Of a stretch of DNA of 64,000 nucleotides, positions 53,084 to 64,000 are shown in pieces. Under the pieces are notes generated by a model. That model did no database searches. It was not told the DNA's origin and saw only the letters and a program-made list of their open reading frames with translations. The first letter of the stretch is position 1; each line of letters begins with the position of its first letter. Position numbers and translations under genes: made by a program. This stretch comes from the human T2T-CHM13v2.0 reference genome, Homo sapiens: the NCBI RefSeq assembly GCF_009914755.1, contig NC_060947.1. The stretch is one strand, 5' to 3'.

Positions 53084-55554
53084 TAATCTTTTTGTAAGCA
53101 ACCTTTATAAAATCTGAACTAATGTAGAAAGTTTAAATAATACTAAGATTGAGCAAAGCAGAAATATCTTGTATCTGCCTATGTATATTATACTAAAAAA
53201 ATAGGTTAATATATTGGATTTGTGCATAATAAAATTGATTAATTTCATATGGGGTTTATAATTGCATTATAGATTACCCTTATTGTCATTTTATGTTGTT
53301 GTTTCTTTATGACACATGGTAAACAGACTTCATACAAATTATAGATGTATGAAATTAACAAAAGTCATTCCTGAAAGCAACTAATATGACAAGTTTGTTC
53401 CAGGGTAGAAAAGTCCACAGGGTTTTGTTATCTCTGAGAGTATCAGATGTTGGCATTCTCGCTCATCCTGATCTTCCTGTGGACCTTCTCTGAAATAAAC
53501 ATTTATAATCACTTCCCTGTCTTCCAAGTGTTACCTTCCCAACGCGTATGCCTTCATGCTTCCATTACTTCTAACCTTTTCAGTTCTCGAAATAGACTGT
53601 TACCTGGTTTGATCCTAGAACTAACATCATGTTCAATTCTAATTCCCTAATTGAGAGGATTAAGCTTCGTTGGAAACGTGCTTTTCAAATGCTTTTATGG
53701 GAAGATGTTTTCACAAGCATTCCATAAGAACTATTAATATGGTATAGTCAAAATGATTATGGTGATTTCAAGGTTTGCAACCATTTCATACAGCTTAACC
53801 TTTGTTTTTTCAGGTAGAATCCCAATAGTCAACCTGACTATGATTTTTGGACACTGTGATATGTTAGGTACTATTTATTTTAGTTCAGTGTTATTCAAAT
53901 ATAACCAGCCCTTTGTTTGGCACTTGTCTTTATTTAATTTAAAAATACCGAAGCTAATTTTAATAAAACATATTTGGATTTTTATAGTTTAAAATGTTCA
54001 TTCAATGCCCAGCTGGTAGTCTCTTTTTTTCTTATTTCCAGCTCTCTCTTGTCCCTACCATACATATATGCTTGGTCACACATGCCAAGATGCAGTTACT
54101 GAATTTTGCTATTTTTTTCCAAAAATATGAAGTATATTGCCATAACTATTGCATTGCAGAATTCTCTCCAATTTTACGTGTGTAGTTTTGAACTATAGCA
54201 ATAAAGGGTGTGGTACTTTAATTTTCATCTCTATAATTCAGATGAAAGGAACAAGATTTCTGATGGTAGTAAATTGAATTTAGATTTAAACTCTTGGAAT
54301 AGGATTTTAATGACATGCACAGATCGAAACCTAATGCACGAAATATTACTTTATAATTGCATGGGACACCAAGATATTCAGCATAATAATCCCTATTTTT
54401 ATAGCATTAACACATAATCCTTGTGGGTTATCCTGTGTAACCTCCTATATAATCCCTTGCTCAGGCCATAGAGATTAATTATTTAGTTATTAAACAGCTT
54501 ATGTGCCCAGTCTTCCCAACAGCTTCCCAGAATGTGTCCTGGTCAGCTCACTTGATTTGCCAGTTCAGCTAATTAGTAAATATCATCATACTTAATACTT
54601 TATATCCTTACTCTTTATGTTGCAAGTTTTTGTAGACTGAAATATGCTAATAGGTATAAATTACTACTATAGTAGTTAGGAGAAGAGACTGAAGGAAGGG
54701 GTAAAAACATAAAGAGAAAAAGTAAATGTGGTTAGTTCCAAAGTGGCAAAACTCTTAATAAGATCTGCTTTGTGCTCTGTATTATATTGTCTTTCCAGGA
54801 ATGATCTTCCTTTAAATGTATTTTCTGGTTTACTTTGTGACCCTAAATTTCTATTTTCATTACCCCTTCCCAACAAATAATTAATTAGTCTGTGACTCCA
54901 TTTAAAACCCATGGCAGAGTTTTTATTAAGCTCCTTGAGATACAACTTCAGCCTTATGTTTATTATAATATGTTCAGGTTTACCTGATAAATAGTAAGCA
55001 GCCCTGTATCTGGTTATGTTTTCGCTACTTAATCAGTACACTTGTGAACAATGAGAGTGCTTAATAAGTACCATAGATTTTGTGATCTCTATTCTAATAC
55101 TTATCTCTTTAATGTTTTTTCTTCTGTAGAGTGAAGAGTGGTACCAAGTTTATACATTATTTCATATTTGAGAATGAATACCTTGGGGCATTGCAATATA
55201 GAGCAAAGTAGGGGATTTGGAGTTAGAAAACATGAGTTTGAGTCCTGACCCTGCATATTTTTGTAGTGTGTAACATATTGTACAAGTCACTTAATGTTGC
55301 TGAAAATTAAAAAAAATTTGTGAAATTACTTTGCAGTTAGTAAAGCCTTATACAAATATAAGCATTCGTTGTTACATAAATTATACTTCGCAGCTTTAGA
55401 ATCTTAGGAAAATACTAAACATTGATTTCTCTTAAGATTTTTAAATATAGAAAGTTGGATTCTGTTTCTGTGTTAAATATGTAAATTATTTGTGGCAGTT
55501 AGTGAGAAACCTTGGATTATAGCATGCTTTCCTCTTTTTTTTTTTTTTAAATAG

Positions 55555-55770
<216 letters not shown>

Positions 55771-56427
55771 TAAAATCAAACTTAAGTAACAATGATGTAC
55801 ATCGGTGCACTAAAATATATTTTATCCTTAAAAACGTGAAACACAGGTATATATTCCAGCACAATTTATGTTCATTTTTTTGTACTATTGTAAAGAAAAC
55901 GTGATGTTGCAGAGTATAGGCTTTCAAGTCAGATCGCTGCTTCTCACTAGCACTGAGTCTGCTTTCTAATTTCTAACTACCTCATAAAACTGTTAAAAAT
56001 TGAGTCAAATGACTAGTACAGTGCCTGGACATATAGCAGGTACTCAATAAAATTTATTCCCTCTTGCCCTTATTCATTGGTAATACCAATATGCAGATAA
56101 TTTGGAAAGAATAAAGTATTTATGTGACTTTTTGTTGTGTACTTGTATACCGTAGGTTTTTTTTGTTTTTTAATTTGGGGAGTATTAATTTGATTTCTGA
56201 ATGTTAGAAAAATGTTTGAAACTGCTCTGTAAAAGTCTGGGGCAGTATATAATGTTTACAGGAAAAGAATCAAACCAGCCTTTCCTAGTGTTAAGTTACT
56301 CTTCACACCCTAATTGTTTACACACCCTAATTGCCTTACTTTAGCATGAGGTTATGGAAAAGAAGTGATATTTGGCGGCATCTTTCTGGGTTTGTTTTTA
56401 GTTTGAAGGTATATTTTTTGTTTATTT

Positions 56428-56676
56428 TTATTTTTTAGAAACAGAGTCTCACTCTGTTGCCCAGCCTGGAGTACAGTAGCATGATATTAGCTCACTGCAC
56501 CCTCAAACTCTGACCAAAGCAGTCCTCCCCCTTTAGCCTCCTGAGTAGCTAGGACTACAGGTGGTGTGCCACCGTGCTTGGCTAATTTTTTGTAGACATG
56601 GGGTCTTGATATGTTGCCCAGGCTGGTCTTGAATTCCTGGTCTCAAGTGATCTTCTTGCCTCGGCCTCCCAAACTG
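56428..56676 (-). mobile_element. Alu (AluJ-like), 5' truncated
   Basis: Diverged dimer ending at cctcccaaa. Confidence 0.85.
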
Positions 56677-57055
56677 TGAAGTTAAAACTTAAAGGAAAAT
56701 ACAACATCAACATGTATATATCCATACTGATGTATCACTGCATATCAGGGTGTAAGTATATATGTAATTCTGTATATGGCATGTAGCTTACTTTTAGCAA
56801 TAGAGAGCTTTGTGCTCATGTACTAAAAACTTAACCTCAACACAAATGAGAAACCCAGAGTAGCCAAAACAGTTGTCAGAATCCATGTAGTGAAGTTTAT
56901 ATACTTTGAGTTTTTCATCTGTCACTCTAAGCTATTGGCTTAGTTATGCTTTTGTTCATAACATTGATTTGACAAACATTTATTGGTCAGCAGGCAGTTT
57001 ACTAGATGGTATGGATATGAAAAGATGAGACAAGGTCTCATCCTTCAAGAATTAA

Positions 57056-57520
<465 letters not shown>

Positions 57521-57814
57521 TGATCTGCAGGTATTGAAACATCTTTTGAGAAGCTAACATCTGAAGTTAATCCAAAAAATGAATAGGACTTTATAAAACG
57601 TCTTTTTTTAAAACTTCTAAAACGTCTATGAGAAAGTACAGTTGGATTCTAAAACCTGATACAAAATAAGTTTTAGTACATAACCGTTTTGTTAATTTGG
57701 GGCTGCCTTAGCTTCATTTAGTCCATGGGGAGTTGAATTAGAGTAAGCTTGCCAAAACTCTTGATTTATCTAGGAGCTTCCTAGAATTACCCACACTTCT
57801 TATCTCCTTAGACT

Positions 57815-58127
57815 TGTGTGTGTGTATGTGTGTGTTTGTGTGTGACAGGGTCTCACTGTGTCACCCAGGCTGGAGTGAAGTGGTGTGGACTTCATATAGC
57901 TCATTGCAGCCTAAATCTCCCAGGTACAAATGATTCTCCCACCTCAGTCTCTGGAGTAGCTGGGACTCAAGCGTGTGCCACTCTGCCTGGCTAATTTATT
58001 TAATTTTTAGTAGAGACGAGGTCTCGCTGTGTAGCCCAGCGTGGTTTCAAACTCCTGGGCTCAAGCAGTCCTCTCATCTTGGCTTCTCAAGGTGCTGGGA
58101 TTACAGATGTGAGCCACTACACCTGGC
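57815..58127 (-). mobile_element. Alu (AluJ-like) with (TG)n tail repeat at 57815-57844
   Basis: Diverged dimer preceded by about 15 TG-type units. Confidence 0.87.
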
Positions 58128-58239
58128 ACTATTTTCACTTTTAAAATGAAGTGCATTCTAGTCCAATGGAAGAGTATAAAATATAACAGATTTTTACATA
58201 ACCATTCCATCAGTCTTTGTCAAATTTAGCTGTGTTTGT

Positions 58240-59000
58240 TTTAGGTTTTTTAAAGAAATAAAAGCACAGTTACAAAAGAAGCCCTCATTTGTATTCCTCC
58301 CTTATCCCATTATCCTCCCATTTTCCCTAGAGATAACTGCTACCCCAAATTTGTTGTTTATCACACCTTTGCATTTCAATTTTATTTTACTAAGAATTTG
58401 TATCTGTTAATAATACATAGTTCATTTATTCTTGCTAACTTCCATGTAAATGATATTAGGTTGAACATTTTGCAATTTACCTTTTTTCTTCTTTTTAAAA
58501 TATGAAATGAGATCTTGCTATATTGCTCAGGCTGGCCTCAACCTCCTGGGCTCAAACAGTACTCTTGCCTCAGCCTCCTCAGTATCCGGGATTATAGGCA
58601 CATGCCACTGCACCCAGTGCAGTTTTCCTTTTTGAATTTACATTCTTGAGATTTTTTTCAGTGTTGACATGTGGCTACAATTCATTTATTCTAACTGCTG
58701 AATATTATATGATACAAGTTAACTACAGTTTATCCATTTTCTTATTTTTAGACATTTAGGTTATTTCTACTTTTTCCTCAATTAAAATAGCGTTACAACA
58801 AATATTTCAATGCTTAGCTCCTTGAGCACATATACATTTGCTTTTCTAGTGTATACCTGAGTGGAATTGCTAGATTATGTAGTGTGTGTGCATCTTAAAC
58901 TTGATCATATTTTGCTAAAGTGGTTGTATTGTTTTACCCTCCTTCCAGCAGCATATGATAGTTTCCATTGTTACTCATCCTCACCTAACATCTAGTATTG
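58240..59000 (-). mobile_element. Decayed L1ME/L1MC fragment with an Alu monomer at 58500-58617
   Basis: acagtttatccatt...gacatttaggtt, gagtggaattgct, ccagcagcatatga. Confidence 0.7.
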
Positions 59001-59659
59001 TAGACCCTTGGATATTGTATTTGTTAGCCTACATCAGATTAGAAAGGGAGAGTAAAATAGGGAATGCTCCTAGAGGCATTTCATTGACAATACATAATAA
59101 TAATGGCAGCTGACACTTATGAAAGGCCCAGTGTGTTAGGTACTTCTCTACATTCCTTAACATCCACAAGAGAAAAAGTTGGCTAATTCTTGACAAGCCA
59201 TTAGTGGAGAAAAATAAAAATCAGGACTTAAAAACTCTGAATATCATAGGATAGTTTAGTCTTTAGAGGGAAAATGTCTGTATGCGATTGGAAACAATGT
59301 CATGTAGAAATTGTCCATTATAGTGACAGAGCTATTAAGAAAATGTTACTTTATGTATTCAGTGTAATGATATGTCTTAGGTTTCTAAGCAAATAGTGTT
59401 GCATCTTGGGACATACATTTGAGATAAAACTTTCTCTGATGGTCTATCTTAAATTCTTACTCTTTAAATTTGGTTTTAGTTTACTAGAAGTTATCAAAGA
59501 TTACCAGAGACAGGATGAAAAATTAATTAAATGAAGGAACATTCTTACTATACATAAAATAGTTTTTGATATTGGGAACCTTATATTGGAGCTTATAGGA
59601 TATGCGCAGACTGTTCACCAGAGGAATTATAAATGGCTAATAAACATAAACAATTTTAA

Positions 59660-60013
<354 letters not shown>

Positions 60014-60700
60014 TAATTTCATTTGTAAAATCTGTCCAGAGGGAAAAATTTTTGTATGCAGCTTTTTTTTTTAATATAAAAAGCTTCATCTAGTTTTATT
60101 TACAGTATCCAATAAGTAAAACAATTATTTTGCATTACTTGGAGGCTGCAGTGGGGCTTCCCTGACTGCGAATTTGGAAATAAGTTTGTCTTCTTGAGAA
60201 TTGAATGTCAAGATTTCACATAATGGATCAGAGTAGAAATATGCAAGATTATTTTAAAAAGACAGAATGGTTTCTGGGGCCTGTCTAGCTGAATATATGT
60301 ACAAAGGAGGACTGTTATAGCCAGATTTTGGGGTTTGAGGTAAGGTGGGATCATCCTTGGAAGGGATAGGAGAAATTCTGAGGTTGGCAGTGTTCAGGAA
60401 CGTAGGAGCCTTAACTAACAGACTTTGAGTGTGCAGATTTTGTTGACAAACTATCCTGCTAGGGAAGTAGACAAATGTTAGGCAAGTTTAGCCTGACTTC
60501 AGTAGGTGAACATGGAATACGAACAAATGGAGTGATTCAGTTCCATTTGTTCTGATCATCATTTGATGTCACAAAAATTTAGTCTATTGGAATAAATTAT
60601 GAATGGTTATAATTTTAATTTTAATGTTTTTCCCTTTTCAAATTCTCTTATAAAAGCATGTTTCATAGTGAGAATTAAAAAAAATACATGGTTGAAATAA

Positions 60701-60895
<195 letters not shown>

Positions 60896-62362
60896 TAGCA
60901 AGATAGTTTTAAAATGCAACGCTAGTTTTTATGCATGGCTGCCATTGAATTCTTTAAGGGCAAATTACATTTCTAGTGTAAAAGAGTTGTATTTTAAAAT
61001 ATTTAGTGTTTTCAATACATTTCCTTATACCTCTACTCCAGTTAATGGACATTTTGGGTTTATTGTGTTCGTTTGCATTTAGAATATTGGAGATGGCCCC
61101 TCTCAATTTGTCACTATCAGAAATAGCATGTATGATTCAGTTTAAGATAATAGGATGGCATTCCTCCTCTGCTTGATGTAGCATTAAAAAGAGTTTCAGG
61201 AGTCAGAAGACTTGGGTGGTAGTTTTGGCTTGGTTACTATGCATCTTGCGACCTTGAATAACTCCAAGCATTTTGTGACCTGAGTTCCTTTATCTGTTCC
61301 ACTGTGATTGTTAAGGTTTTCCCCTTTGGTTCTCAAAGTCTGATTTGATTAACCATAGGTTATTCATAATTTTCATAACTATATGTGAGGTTTTGTTAAG
61401 TTGAAAGTAGTGATAAACAGGATATTGTTGATTATACTAACAGAATGTGACTAAATGTGGTAAGATAGCTTAAAAATCCTTCCTCAACTAAAATCTAATT
61501 ATAAATGTAAACTTTTTAAAGCCTTTGCTTTCAAGAAATAAAATATGTAATATATTTAAACCTAGTTAATCCTCTCTGGAATATTTTGCTACTTGAACTC
61601 TAATATCATTGAAAATTATTTTGGAACTTAAATCATTTGGGATGATAATTACCAGGTTTTTTTTTTTTTAAACTAAGGTTGTTTATGAAGTTATTTAACA
61701 AATTTTAAAGTTTTAGTCTTAGGTATTCTAAAGTCACTTACTAGTCATAGGGACGTGGTTATTCTGTTATCTCTGATAATTGTTATTGTACGTGTTTGAA
61801 ACACAATCTTAAATTAGGAAAAAATTTCATGTGCAATGTGTAATGTAAATGTCATATAAACAACTTTTAAAAGTTGTTTATATGCTTTCCTTTTAAAAGT
61901 TGTTTATAGGCTGTTAGATTCTATAAGCCAAATTAATAAAGTTTTAAACTGCTCGTGGCCTGTATACCCGGTATCAATGAATTAGTTATAAGTGTAACTG
62001 AGATTATATTTATTGTTTTACAAAGAGAATTTTGTTTGTACATTTTGTGTTACTTCTGAAAATCTGCATAACCTAATTGTTGTTTTGACTAAAACTGACC
62101 AGTATACCGTCTTTATTTTAACCAAGTCTGGAGCTTAATTTGATTAGATCTTAACTGTTTTGTATATATGATTTTACTGAAGTTAGGGATTGTATGCTTA
62201 GAAATGATCTTTAGGTTTCAGTAACATTCTTTCCTGCCTTTGAAGGCATAATTTTGGCTAAATACATACTTTGTGACGTGTTTACATGACTAACCTAAAA
62301 TTTGTCTTATTGTCAAGTAGTTTTAAGAGATAAAGCTCTAATTTGTACAAATTTCTTTATAG

Positions 62363-62491
<129 letters not shown>

Positions 62492-62579
62492 TAACACAAT
62501 TAACACCTAATAGTTAGCAAAATAAGGTAGCAGTTGAAATTGGGCAAAGTGTGCAATAGGCAATTTATAAAAGTAGAAA

Positions 62580-63427
<848 letters not shown>

Positions 63428-63431
63428 TTAA

Positions 63432-63844
<413 letters not shown>

Positions 63845-63905
63845 AGGAATGTTCTTAATTTTATTTGAGAATTTGAATTTTCTCTATTAAAATTAATAAA
63901 ATGTA

Positions 63906-64000
63906 GGCTGGGTGTAGTGGCTGATGCCTGTAATCCCAGCACTTTGGGAGGCCAAGGTTGAGAATTGCTTGAGCCCAGGAGTTGGAGGCCAGCCTGGGCA
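63906..64000 (+). mobile_element. Alu (AluJ-like) 5' part, cut by window edge
   Basis: ggctgggtgtagtggct...gagcccaggagtt. Confidence 0.88.

Overview
This is primate, very probably human, genomic DNA covering most of STAG2 (cohesin subunit SA-2, X-linked) on the + strand. I traced one 5'UTR exon (5769-5833) and 25 consecutive coding exons from the ATG at 7029 to 62464. Each has AG/GT boundaries and the phases are consistent. Together they give 2775 nt (residues 1-925) with no frameshift or premature stop. The promoter/exon 1 and the last exons lie outside the window. Introns are AT-rich and hold about 48 Alu copies (roughly 3:1 antisense), plus L1, L2, MIR, MaLR LTR and DNA-transposon relics. 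Most ORF-track entries are Alu artefacts. No new gene or prokaryote-type system is supported. The strongest second-look items are: (1) a 3x57-bp intron-8 repeat whose splice-like sites would give frame-preserving 21/78/135-nt cassettes; (2) a 39-nt tailless 5S rRNA retrocopy with a perfect 14-bp TSD; (3) a chain of ATGA stop/start overlaps (uORF1, uORF2, Met1, and Met70 if exon 4 is skipped); (4) a dispersed 300-bp local duplication; (5) pure poly-T acceptor tracts; (6) candidate cryptic exons. Exon numbering, repeat subfamilies and repeat boundaries come from recall and by-eye comparison, not from database searches.
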